DNA of 64,000 nucleotides, taken from IMG/VR virus record IMGVR_UViG_3300043570_004127, positions 64,001-128,000 of that record; one strand, given 5' to 3'. The notes beneath the pieces were generated by a model. That model worked only from the letters and a program-made list of their open reading frames with translations. It was not told the DNA's origin and searched no databases. Position numbers and translations under genes: made by a program. The first letter of the stretch is position 1; the number at the start of each line of letters is the position of its first letter. Shown here one piece after another: positions 26,501 through 34,744 of this stretch. Source of the stretch: a virus.

Positions 26501-27961
26501 TGCTGTAGAGAAGTGCGCAAGGTGTCCAAATTCGTGAGTGGCCGTATAGTGCATGTCGCCCTCGACGGAATCATGTATTCCGCCACTGCGTGCATCGCCG
26601 TTATGAAAACCTAACGAGCTCTGGAACAGAGCTGCAGGGTTTATTCTCATAATGACGTGAACTCCGCCCTGTCCGGCATTCCGTCCAGCCACTAGTTTTT
26701 TCCCTGCAGCACTTACAAGTCTCCCGTTGGAATCTATAGCTGGTCCGAAATGGTCCAGTGAAACTTCAAATGCACTCCCCATGTTGTAATCAACCTGGAA
26801 CTGAGTTACTAATTTTGCATGGTCCGGATTCGCAATTGCCTCAACAATTGTTGCCTCCCAGAACGCCCGAATTCCCCTTTTTGCCTCACCCTTTTGCTCC
26901 CATCTCAGATTCGATGGAATCGCATTTTGGAAATATGCTTTAAATTCATTCGGCTCAACATTGGGGAACATTTGTGTCATTACCCTCATGAAGGTTGCTT
27001 CATCGGTAATGTCTCCGATGTCGTCACCGTTCGGAAGTTTTATCAATCCGGAACGTATCATCTCGTGATTTGTCATAGCAAGCATCGTTGACCGTTTACC
27101 ACGTTGGGTTTTTTCTTTCCGGCCCAAAAGATAAGGTTCACTTGGTCCAGACCTTCTGGATGGGTCATACCTCTGACCGACACCTCCAGACATTGCTCCA
27201 ACAATTCGCCCACCAACAGCCATTCGGCTAGATACTTCGTCGTACCCCATGTCCAAAAAATCTTGCTGGGTTAGGTTGTTCATGTCTCTTGCTGCTTGGA
27301 ATCCACTTGGGGTTCTTCCACCAACTTGTGACGCATCCGCAATTGCACTTCCTGCACGTCTTGCTATTCGTCCTGCGCTTCCGGCGGCTGTGCGTGGAGA
27401 GACAATAAAACAGTTAGACATTCTTTGGTCAGTAAACTGGTTTGCTGCCGGACTTCCTTCAGGACAGCGAAGTTTGTTCTTGTCATCCACCCATGGCTTT
27501 AAACCAAACTTCCCCATCATGGAGCGTGCAAGAAGGGTATCTATTTCGTCCCTAAGTTTCGGACCAAGAGACTTTGAGTCAAGATGTAAATCTGGGTGTT
27601 TAAATTTAACTTTCGGCTTTTTTGTTTGATATTCTTTTTGCAAATTGTAATAATTTGTATCTGTATGCAATGGGTTGCCAAACTTACACAAATGCATAGT
27701 CATCCCTGGTGGGATTAGGGGAAGTGGGTCACTTTGCTTCCATGTTTTAAGAAATGCGTCGTATGGATTCTTAAAAGGATTTTCTTCTTCTTTTGATTTT
27801 TCGTCTTTTGGTTTAGACTCTTTTGGCTTGGCTTCTTTTATGTCAAGGGTCGGACCAGTAATTAATTTTGCGTCCTTGTTTTTGACAGCTCTCGCTATCG
27901 CCCTGTTGATGAAATCGTTTTGTCTATAGCCCACTGAAGGTCTCCCAGCGCGAAGCCACAC
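20549..27961 (-). CDS. 2470-aa multidomain putative virion polyprotein: zincin, DEDDh 3'-5' exonuclease, DUF3626-like module, second zincin
   Basis: THEFGHLAH...ETRAE; FFDYETTG...YAPFD...HHTADAD; RPASGF...FGNAEVIL...RTAYGNGE...REAFIAGG; VHEMGHVLD...YGATNNAEKFAEAF. Seven GITGAM-type motifs separate these modules. Confidence 0.85.
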   Translation of the reverse strand: MWLRAGRPSVGYRQNDFINRAIARAVKNKDAKLITGPTLDIKEAKPKESKPKDEKSKEEENPFKNPYDAFLKTWKQSDPLPLIPPGMTMHLCKFGNPLHTDTNYYNLQKEYQTKKPKVKFKHPDLHLDSKSLGPKLRDEIDTLLARSMMGKFGLKPWVDDKNKLRCPEGSPAANQFTDQRMSNCFIVSPRTAAGSAGRIARRAGSAIADASQVGGRTPSGFQAARDMNNLTQQDFLDMGYDEVSSRMAVGGRIVGAMSGGVGQRYDPSRRSGPSEPYLLGRKEKTQRGKRSTMLAMTNHEMIRSGLIKLPNGDDIGDITDEATFMRVMTQMFPNVEPNEFKAYFQNAIPSNLRWEQKGEAKRGIRAFWEATIVEAIANPDHAKLVTQFQVDYNMGSAFEVSLDHFGPAIDSNGRLVSAAGKKLVAGRNAGQGGVHVIMRINPAALFQSSLGFHNGDARSGGIHDSVEGDMHYTATHEFGHLAHFSTALQALGFDVNRMARYPSNPTYFAGSATTGGAPAWRPGKENGGWEIDFTNMRNPMNSPSIQLVMDAAQNLKTRQYMGGRGNFNSADLQKDLVEFYDAFTEAVVNNITDTAEDLMLMAQFAGGEYAASNPIETRAEYYAARRLYGETNSQARMLSPQRYPLNLRSPRPGGRGPVRQSTRNANYVQEFSDAVAASGTGPSRTARIGIPGTPMTSAEVTRRLNDSGSGTFGVRPGTWNLTGAMDMGGGQRRTSLHAQQVQGWVKQDERKARNKNKKPKKQWQPLSAARLRSGITGAMSVEQDKPRYPREPTYGSFLGDAQKIFGSAKTWEEFKKIYDETEIIFFDYETTGIENDSDGRTIGKGSPVQIGAVRMKGGKVIDRLNVFMKPDQPLGEWSAKYLKDKDGNVLTDAYLDTQESMLKAHQMLADFAGENAIFGVQYAPFDKDVLDATLEKLGIQWRPSGYLDTKDISEHTLPRWTPENPEGPSKLVKEKILDDGTVIPETRKASNGLADITAYLGVDLGSKHHTADADSEAAGMVMAALVDKAIEKNLPTTVLDMKSQKERVTEAQNDFEKAIVDFEQQVLERNGGVTGSMDVSLAPQNFRNIVSESTDKQDKRSEKARNRVDSLEKAMAALEATGEWRGGEFGVVLSRGKDKTSLDGFDADVTPRNLTKEEVEKEGLAKFKQELEKKISDSKKEVVLQEFLARTKKERVEQGILDIEDVPEEEYRRLVEEGKELQKRRNDGDIEAFKLDGNQEAVIHVGKAQLDGGVLNPSRTSTAGMGAGSPGDTGALNRMQIGNFNEKFRQDAKKLATYETIMSALNAGQTKFTPQNREEADSINSLLGISSQYGAKQGEELDITALPLRDGIRPLIEDGNRRLTELQAQQTRASKLAARINESPDFGFLSAYPASSGVTTDGYYGRNAAADIPEDVAKYYTEAQNTARGAGPFAIDVKDQDSYIRWEDNLRGSAYLVVGDTEDTIVSNLGPSDERQLVGVNKPIFGVSSRLRSARQPENYNLAAHALMARAVKLKKEGIDPSPEKVLSAPLYQSSSSSGVTGAMRTSMKISSTRKSNRKTAEIKRSINGPGGNFGGDTSVRYIKDLNPADTMLGPTLISETKEARNKERINVLTALKDVIKTDFIPNSEGPQAAAAAPPGSPPPDGPNDDDWKKNIFDVKNALNGLNPDFHRYLNETPIEELKKELEFSILDFHEGLDKQPRTHVPGRFLKDLIENGFKNSHQRNEIVGLDKILAKYEADIGIHPDTPVELRPASGFVLHMDELQREQSDINKFLKNSGKENPERYSPNLVDFPHSKRTRGNDWNFGNAEVILNPGVADRTAYGNGELFNNHIEPVGMNSSDNEVIARAHVDAAFKTDNRAENIIEHLYNSFKNNHDAYRKEKYATSPGRSWEPREAFIAGGFNSDDIDEIKIPFDSIPKNFIDGHPDSPATNSAMGKDAYIKESESFLNGLKEKIISDAAMDRINPTEEERKIIRDMLSSSPRDFVIPDKIQKGMNRFGAAEFDLKQDVDKYLRLEAAEAMRKSMDKKGIKLSITNKYGLNVFDPKAFDKKASKKTTAKEAIRNKIEKQMEDIISDMREAKGGGDKDNIASGITGAMSLSQSTKKKPNTVVESSLTGEMSVGRTLDEVVEKGPKTLPYGRDKSGVVKVASTKEHEAKFGRTAAEQTKYFKKKYDLEMEIDDIFDEGDSYKTAHFASLQALDDILSNFDAEDLFGGRAASDMRFRVKRDLTTNDEEGLLGFVSMDDDAGIIEMEIPVGRISNASDEIADTFVMDTKLRGQALSNLKAQIGKKYHGVHDIFLQFENNNKITRTPENELKIKAKKEEMAKRLAYGVMVHEMGHVLDTLASRKSNNASSWSTSLEKDFGQLSSVTKYGATNNAEKFAEAFSAWWLFGQNKDLDIVPQFRAGADGGLYDFEETEKIRDVASKIVKPIFGRLGSSIKSAKQESVSLDEIPPMVKLYAILSTMKDK

Positions 27962-28011
27962 ATTTACGCTTAGCCCGATTTGTTGGTTGGTATGACACCA
28001 ACAATATTACA

Positions 28012-29508
28012 TTATTCTGTATCGGTCTGATTAAGTTCTTCCTCGACGGCAAGCATCTGGAATTCCATCAGATTTGACAAGAAGTTCGATTCTGGAGAAA
28101 CCTCAACAACTTCTGCCGTTTTTTCGGCATCATCAGAAGGACCCCAGCTCATTGGAATTAGGTCCTCAAGACCCAAGGCTACGGCACGTTTCATGATGTG
28201 AGATTTTGCTTCGGCTGGATTCTTCGCTCTACCGAATGCTTGAATCGCATTGCGAAGGTCGGCTTCGTCTTTGACTGGGAATGAACCATCAGCAAGTGCA
28301 TGACCTTGTTTTGCCATTGACATTCTCGACTCTTCGGAGTAAGCACGCTTAAGTGCAACTTCTGCAGCTTCTGCTTCAATTGCTGATGCTTCTTCCTGTG
28401 TGTACTCGTCATAGCCAAGTACTTCTCCATCAAGCGAAACGAATACATCGTACGACTTGCCATTTACGCCTTCAATTTCAACTGCGTAAACATCAAATCC
28501 TTCGAATACGTCTGGCTCTACAGCGACAATATCTCCCTCAACCGACTTGACAGCAATATCTGCTGCTTCGCCAAAGCTCACAAGAACTTTGTCTTGAAGG
28601 GCTGACTTAACCTCAATCACGTCGTTTGAAAGAACATGCCAACCCATGACTTCTCCGGTCGAACCGTCAAAGAAGATTTCTACCGGCTTGCCATCTTTTC
28701 TTTCAACATCAACAACAAAAAGGTCGGCTTCGTCGGAGTATCCAGAGTCAAGAACTTTTCCTCTGAACATATCTTCGGCCATGCCTTCGACTTCAATAAG
28801 TGCTGGCATTCCTTTTTCAGAAACGCATCCGCCTGGACAGCTGTCGCAAACATTTGCGCCGCCTGGGTACACCTTGCGGTCGAACGAGCAAACATACGCT
28901 TCCTCGTCGAAGTCTGCTGATTTGAATCCCATTGACTGCATGCGACGTTGACGCATCTTTGAGCGATTCTCTTGAGTTGAACTATAAGAGTCCATCATTT
29001 TTTCGTCAGACTCATCTTCCATGTCTTCGTCCGACTCTTCCATTGGAACATTTGACATTTTTCTTACTGGCTTCGCGACCGGAGCGACATCCTCATCTTC
29101 GTCCATGTCGTCTTCCTCATCCATGTCGTCTTCTTCGTCGAGCATCTCTTCTTCTGCAGGGACAGGCATCATCTTTGGCTTCTTTTTCTGTGGAGACTCT
29201 TGCTCTGTATACATCTCGTCTGCATCTTCTTCGTCGATGATATCCTCGTCGTCGGTCATGGCTTTCTCATCAATCTCTGTGTCCATGTCTTCATCCATAG
29301 CTTCCGCTCCTGGCATTGAGTTCTTTTTCTTTTTGGGTGTATTCATGCCCATCTCGGCCATCGCCTTAACAGATGTAGCCATGGCTCCACACTTTCCACA
29401 AACTTTTGCTCCGGCTTCATAGCCGCACTCTGATGCGTCAAGACCTTTTGCACATTGGGCAACTTCGCCGTCTGAGTCCAACTTGACGACTGGTGATTTC
29501 TGAGTCAT
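28012..29508 (-). CDS. Acidic scaffold-like head protein with Cys clusters, two PepSY-like repeats and a C-terminal DUF6582-like domain
   Basis: Likely start MTQKSP at 29508 (GGAG upstream, overlapping the stop of the previous gene). D/E/M-rich tract; VSFGEAADIAVKSVEGDIVAVE...YAVEI...YDVFVSLDGEVLG; ALADGSFPVKDEADLRNAIQAFGRA. Confidence 0.7.
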   Translation of the reverse strand: MTQKSPVVKLDSDGEVAQCAKGLDASECGYEAGAKVCGKCGAMATSVKAMAEMGMNTPKKKKNSMPGAEAMDEDMDTEIDEKAMTDDEDIIDEEDADEMYTEQESPQKKKPKMMPVPAEEEMLDEEDDMDEEDDMDEDEDVAPVAKPVRKMSNVPMEESDEDMEDESDEKMMDSYSSTQENRSKMRQRRMQSMGFKSADFDEEAYVCSFDRKVYPGGANVCDSCPGGCVSEKGMPALIEVEGMAEDMFRGKVLDSGYSDEADLFVVDVERKDGKPVEIFFDGSTGEVMGWHVLSNDVIEVKSALQDKVLVSFGEAADIAVKSVEGDIVAVEPDVFEGFDVYAVEIEGVNGKSYDVFVSLDGEVLGYDEYTQEEASAIEAEAAEVALKRAYSEESRMSMAKQGHALADGSFPVKDEADLRNAIQAFGRAKNPAEAKSHIMKRAVALGLEDLIPMSWGPSDDAEKTAEVVEVSPESNFLSNLMEFQMLAVEEELNQTDTE

Positions 29509-29882
29509 GAATTTTGCTCCTTGTATTGCATCGAACTTGACAGACAGCCTTTTGGGTTGCTGCAACCACCACACGGATTCATGCGTTTTTCGCCTGAAAC
29601 TATGCAGTGATATTTATATGAAATTTTTTGTTGCTGTACAGGTTTAGCATAACCCATAACAGGGGTTCTTTGGCTGACGTTACCTACTTTAGGACGTGTG
29701 AAGCGTGTCGATTTACCACTTGCGAGATGAGTCTCTTCGGACTTGATTTGAGTCTCGATGACATCCAGTTTCTTATTGAGTTCTCCCACCAACTCAAAGT
29801 TATTTTGGACAATCGCTGAGTCGCGCTCAAATTCAATATTTTTCACAGCGTAATTGAGTAATTCCGTACGTTTCTCGTTCAT
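29505..29882 (-). CDS. Small coiled-coil protein with a C-terminal Cys4 cluster
   Basis: CIVSGEKRMNPCGGCSNPKGC; lies between the protease and scaffold-like genes. Confidence 0.7.
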   Translation of the reverse strand: MNEKRTELLNYAVKNIEFERDSAIVQNNFELVGELNKKLDVIETQIKSEETHLASGKSTRFTRPKVGNVSQRTPVMGYAKPVQQQKISYKYHCIVSGEKRMNPCGGCSNPKGCLSSSMQYKEQNS

Positions 29883-29890
29883 TTCGTGGG

Positions 29891-32383
29891 TTATCCCGAA
29901 AAACTAGATAGTTCGTAGTTCTCTAACGGTTGTTCTTTTTCAATTTGGGATATCACATTGACGAGGGCATTAACCCCATCAACGCCGACAGAGGCAAGCC
30001 CTGTCACCCATATTCCGTCATCGTTTGCGGTTGAATTAAAACCGTGGTATTCAGCGACAGTGTCAACAGCTGATTTGATATCGAATATAAATGATGGGTG
30101 AATATCTATCTGGAACCCATCAATTTGATTCGATTGAATCTGGAGGCCAGACTTGACCTCTAGGTCATGATTCTCTGAAATTGATACATATACGCTCAAC
30201 TCAGACTTACCTCTAGCTGCTGCTGCTCTGGCAAGGACGTTGCTTCTACGCTCACGCATAATTGCCTGACGAATCCTTTTGCGTGCTTTTTCTTCGGTAA
30301 TCATATTTCTTTTTGCAAGATGTCTGATTGCCGCATCCATAGCGCGCTTTGAATCGCTAGGTGGCTTTGATTCATCAATCCCAAATTCACGCAATTGAGC
30401 AAGAATATTATCGCCACGATTCCTCAAGCCCATTGCTCCAGTAACCCCACCAGCCGGAACCCTCTGAGGTGGCGCTGGTACGGACGGACGGCTCGGGCTT
30501 GGTGCTGGAGAAGGGCGGCCTGGGACACGACTTGGAGCAGGCTTCGGAACGCGAACTGGCTCGGGAAGTCTTTCTGGAATTTTGTCTGGTATTTCTTCTG
30601 GCTTTGCAGGCATTTTGGGCTCAATGTACGGAACATCATCTTCGCCGGTTATGGGGTTCGTGGTTCTGCCATCGCTGTCGCCGTCGCGTGAAGGTTTACC
30701 CATTCGACCAGCAGCACGACGAGCACGACCAATTGTCCCACCGAGAACTTTTTCGTTAATTGCTTCAAGTGCATTCATTAGCGCATTTTGTGCTTCTGGA
30801 CCGTACCAGTCCATATTCGGGATAGCAAAACCGTCTGCAAGCAACTCGACTTCAAATCCGTGCGAATTTCCGATTTCATTTGCCGCTTCGTACATTTCTA
30901 CATTTTGTGTTTTCACAAACATATGTAGACCTGGTGTTTCGTCTTTGAAGGATGTCCATGATTTCATTGCCGATTTACCTGTACCGCATTTTCCGCCACA
31001 CCCACAATCACTGTGGCTGTCGTCATTTCCATGGAGTTCAGAATCACGACGCATTAGAGAGTCGTAGAAATCTCCACCGTCAACAAATCTCTTGGGTTTG
31101 TCACTGGTAAGGGCAACCGAAGGTCCGCCATCAAGCGGGATATAAACGGTTTCTGGCTTAACTTCGTGCGCCGTGCCAAACATAAATCTTTCGCCATCCG
31201 GGGTGTGCCATCCAGCCCGCATTGTCGACGTCGAGTTGTCTTTGTCTAAATCAAAGATGACCGTACTTTCATCCGCTTCACGGATGGCTACCTGTCCACC
31301 GAAATGCATGCTTAGATGGCGAACAAGGTCGCCCATTCTCCCGCTTATAGGGTTTATTGAAGAACTCCCACCAGAGTAAATTGACATGTTTTTGACCTCA
31401 ATTTCGGAGTCTGACTTCTTTTTTGTGTTGTCATATCTGTCCAAAAGCCGACGTCCTTTTGCTGCGAGCTTTGCGGCATCCTCGGTGTTCTGTGGCACTG
31501 GTTCGCCCCACGCCGCAGCTGAAAGCGCAAGTCGTGTTGGCTTTCCGTTTTCATCCTTCATTGGACCGCTTGGATTAGTGAAGAATCTTGTAAGGAATGA
31601 ACCTTTGCGGCGCATCTTTTGTGGAGTGTCAGCAGGACCCTTGACGCCTGGTTTCAAATTTGCACCTTCGGTCTTTTTGAAGTGAGCCCTACCTGCTGCA
31701 GTTAGCCCGCCATCTGGGTCCTTAAGTGCAGACTTTGCCTCTGCGCTATCGGCTGGAACGCAATTTGGGACCATATCCCCATTCTTTCCCTTTTTCATTC
31801 CAACTTGCTTATACCCAGGCCAGCATGGACCTACTTTTGCAGCCTTCACCGATTCATCTGACTTAATCGAGATGGTTCCAGTTAACTGGTTGGCACCATG
31901 AAGAACAGGACTTACCTCGTATAGTTCAACCTCCTTAAGGAGGTTGGCTTGCTTCTTGCTATCGAAGAAGGCATCAAGTGTTTTGTAACCAATTGACCAC
32001 TCTTGGTCTTCGCCAAAGAATGTTATGTTATTGAATGCTTCGCGACCGCGTTCCGATTTAAGGTTAAATTGAACTCTCGTATAGAGTCCACCCACGCCAT
32101 TTGCTCGCATTTTTGCAGGCAAACGTGGGTCGTTTGGACCAACCTCGTAGATGTCTAAAACTTTACCAATAGGCTCATTCCAGTTGTGACCCCAAACGAC
32201 TCGTGGCTTACGTCTACGGAGCGAGGAATCAAAGCAACCAGGCAAGCAAATGTCGCCAACACTGTCCTTGTTCCCAATAGCGGCAGTGAAACATTCAACG
32301 ATACCCAATGCCTCATTGGTGCTTATCTGTCCAGGCATGGACTTGTATTGAGTTTCAGTAAAGTTTTCGGTAATATTTGTCAT
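29891..32383 (-). CDS. HK97-family prohead (capsid maturation) protease with long C-terminal extension (CWxGY motif, DUF6321-like domain, internal repeat)
   Basis: GNKDSVGD...VVWGHNWNEPIG...EWSIGY...LYEVSPVLHGAN, then GPCWPGYKQVGMKK...VPNCVP and KDPDGGLTAAGR...PTRLALS. Directly downstream of the portal gene. Confidence 0.9.
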   Translation of the reverse strand: MTNITENFTETQYKSMPGQISTNEALGIVECFTAAIGNKDSVGDICLPGCFDSSLRRRKPRVVWGHNWNEPIGKVLDIYEVGPNDPRLPAKMRANGVGGLYTRVQFNLKSERGREAFNNITFFGEDQEWSIGYKTLDAFFDSKKQANLLKEVELYEVSPVLHGANQLTGTISIKSDESVKAAKVGPCWPGYKQVGMKKGKNGDMVPNCVPADSAEAKSALKDPDGGLTAAGRAHFKKTEGANLKPGVKGPADTPQKMRRKGSFLTRFFTNPSGPMKDENGKPTRLALSAAAWGEPVPQNTEDAAKLAAKGRRLLDRYDNTKKKSDSEIEVKNMSIYSGGSSSINPISGRMGDLVRHLSMHFGGQVAIREADESTVIFDLDKDNSTSTMRAGWHTPDGERFMFGTAHEVKPETVYIPLDGGPSVALTSDKPKRFVDGGDFYDSLMRRDSELHGNDDSHSDCGCGGKCGTGKSAMKSWTSFKDETPGLHMFVKTQNVEMYEAANEIGNSHGFEVELLADGFAIPNMDWYGPEAQNALMNALEAINEKVLGGTIGRARRAAGRMGKPSRDGDSDGRTTNPITGEDDVPYIEPKMPAKPEEIPDKIPERLPEPVRVPKPAPSRVPGRPSPAPSPSRPSVPAPPQRVPAGGVTGAMGLRNRGDNILAQLREFGIDESKPPSDSKRAMDAAIRHLAKRNMITEEKARKRIRQAIMRERRSNVLARAAAARGKSELSVYVSISENHDLEVKSGLQIQSNQIDGFQIDIHPSFIFDIKSAVDTVAEYHGFNSTANDDGIWVTGLASVGVDGVNALVNVISQIEKEQPLENYELSSFSG

Positions 32384-32482
32384 TGTTTACGCGCTTTCAG
32401 AGAACTGTATTCACAATAATAAGCGCTGGAGACACTCTTTTGGCATAAGAGCGGATTAAATTACTGGACTTTAATTAAAGTC

Positions 32483-34735
32483 TCAGTTCAAGCCGAATTT
32501 TAATCTGCAACGACAGTTCATTGTCATGCGAGCTGGGGATAGTGGGTCGCCTGGGAACCTAATTACATCATCACCAACATTGAATGCATCGCCAACACTA
32601 ACCGTTTTCCCGTCGAGAAGTCTGTGCTCTGCTCTTGTTTTTGAATCCTTCAAAGAAATCCAAGTTTTTGATGCCGCACCAACCTGTTTTGCTCCAAAGT
32701 AGACACCAGCATTATATGAAGTCTGCGCCTCATGTTCAGCAATGACCCTTTGCTTCTTGGAAATTAGATTAATAAAGATTGCCACCAGGGCAGCCTTTAG
32801 CATTCCGGAACGGTCCTCGTCATCTTCAAGCGCAGAGGATATAAGTATGGCTGCTGCTATTTCTTCCTTGGTTGATGAGTTGACTTTTTGCATTCTTTCA
32901 ATTTGTGCATCAATCAACTGTTTGATTTCTTCTTCATCAATTTCTGTCGGCATTCCTGTCTGTTCATTTATCAGACGAGCTGCGTCATTTGTAATACCGG
33001 AAAGAAGCGGTCTGAAGTCTTCAAGCATTTGCTTGTCCCAAACATCAATGTCAAAAATTAAACTCGATTCTAGGGAGCCTGCTGCAAGTGCCTTTTTTGA
33101 TTTTGCGCCCATGGCCTTTTCAAGGACAACTCGTTGCTGCCGTTCGAAAAATCTATCTAAATTTCTATCCAAAATTTCAATCCAGCGTTTTGAGTTTTCT
33201 TCTGCTTTTGAGTCCCAGTCATCGATTTGTTTGTTATCTGATTTTGACTGCATCGTCGGTTCGTATGCAGACAACGCACTCGGTGACATTTGTGGTTGTC
33301 CACCCTGCTCTGCTGCGAGTGCTTCAGTCATAGTGTTTGGCTTTTGATTCATGTCAACTATTTGTGCCGGTATCTCTTGGTCTTGCGGCGCACCTTCAAC
33401 TGGAACCTCTGGTGTTGGCATTACCCCCGCTGCTGCGACGCCAGGCATACCTGGCTGTTGTCCAGCCGCTGCAGCATCGGCTGCTTGCTTGGCGGAGTCA
33501 AACTCTTTGTCTGTATAACCAATCGGAGTAAGGTTTGGATTGGCAAGAAGAGCCTGCATGAGGTCTGATTTGATATGAATTCTTCCGGTTGCGGCTCGAT
33601 ACTCGTTGCCACTTATAAGACCATTCTGAAATTCGTCTAACAAATATCTTTCACGCTCTTGCTTGTAGAGAATAAGGATTGGTACATCAGACGTATCGAA
33701 GTCAATATAAAACTCATCGTCCAGTTCGTCTAATGCCCGACCAATCAACTCCATGTGCGGAAGCATTGTCTCGTTCCAAAAAACCCTATGTTCTTCAGCG
33801 GCATTTGAGAATGTTCGACCGGATGCATTGCCAATAACGGATTCCGGAACACCGAAGGATGCAAGGATTTCCTCTTTTGTAATCTGTCGCATCTGTATAT
33901 AGTTGGCATCACGAGGGGATGCACCTGTATCGACGTAATCAACACCGTCGTCAGATGAGACAACAGTTATAGAGCCAGCCCTATTTATATTTCCACGAAA
34001 TCTACTGCGAAGCTCATCTTTGTCATCGTCATCAATTTCTCCTTTTACAACAAGCAAGCCGCCTGGCCGACCGTCGTTAAGAAGGAAGTTGCGATTATAT
34101 ATTTTAGAAAGGTTTTCAATTTCAATGGCGATACCAGCAGACTCAAGTGGAGTCATGGACAGGTATGGGTCTAGTGGATGTGGCTTTCTTACCCAGCAAA
34201 CATCTTCCGGCTTTAGGATTACCTTTGTTCCGTTTCGCATATCAACTTCAAAACCGGAAACAAACTTTTTCGGGTCAGGTATTGGCGATGTGTGTTGTGG
34301 CGGAAGTAATTGAAGGGCGATGATTCCACCATCACGACCGCGTACTTTTTCAATAAATGCCCCACGTGAGGACATTAACAATTGAGAGGAAAGTCTGTAT
34401 CTAAAAACAAATGAGTTTTCACCCATGTTTGATTTAGAGTTCAAAATATCCAATATTTTGTTACTCTGATTGTCTGTGACAATTTTCCCAGTTGGGGAAT
34501 TATCTTTTCGCAACATTGCAGGTAGGCGGGCCTGATTTCCTGCTATCGCATCAATGCACCTGTTAACCCAGGTGACCTTGGCCATTCCTTCTCTGTAGGC
34601 ACGCTCAATATCCCAAGAGTCTCGATATGGCTTTCCAGCCTGGCTTGGGTTGAACGCGACAGGAGCACCTGGCCCGAGTATCGATTTCTGTCCTGGTGAC
34701 TGGAGAGATTTGTTTTGCGAAGAGTTCCACGCCAT
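32483..34735 (-). CDS. Portal protein (HK97-like) fused to a MuF-like minor head domain
   Basis: WVNRCIDAIA...MTPLESA...NDGRPGGLL...EILASFGVP (portal). C-terminus KTWISLKDSKTRAEHRLLDG...FPGDP...MNCRC (MuF). Confidence 0.92.
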   Translation of the reverse strand: MAWNSSQNKSLQSPGQKSILGPGAPVAFNPSQAGKPYRDSWDIERAYREGMAKVTWVNRCIDAIAGNQARLPAMLRKDNSPTGKIVTDNQSNKILDILNSKSNMGENSFVFRYRLSSQLLMSSRGAFIEKVRGRDGGIIALQLLPPQHTSPIPDPKKFVSGFEVDMRNGTKVILKPEDVCWVRKPHPLDPYLSMTPLESAGIAIEIENLSKIYNRNFLLNDGRPGGLLVVKGEIDDDDKDELRSRFRGNINRAGSITVVSSDDGVDYVDTGASPRDANYIQMRQITKEEILASFGVPESVIGNASGRTFSNAAEEHRVFWNETMLPHMELIGRALDELDDEFYIDFDTSDVPILILYKQERERYLLDEFQNGLISGNEYRAATGRIHIKSDLMQALLANPNLTPIGYTDKEFDSAKQAADAAAAGQQPGMPGVAAAGVMPTPEVPVEGAPQDQEIPAQIVDMNQKPNTMTEALAAEQGGQPQMSPSALSAYEPTMQSKSDNKQIDDWDSKAEENSKRWIEILDRNLDRFFERQQRVVLEKAMGAKSKKALAAGSLESSLIFDIDVWDKQMLEDFRPLLSGITNDAARLINEQTGMPTEIDEEEIKQLIDAQIERMQKVNSSTKEEIAAAILISSALEDDEDRSGMLKAALVAIFINLISKKQRVIAEHEAQTSYNAGVYFGAKQVGAASKTWISLKDSKTRAEHRLLDGKTVSVGDAFNVGDDVIRFPGDPLSPARMTMNCRCRLKFGLN

Positions 34736-34744
34736 AAAGTGCGA

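Noticed and set aside
220-34313. Many short plus-strand ORFs in the track
   Set aside because: They are antisense shadows of long minus-strand genes. Their recurring MAPVI/APVIP strings are simply the reverse complement of the ITGAM codons.
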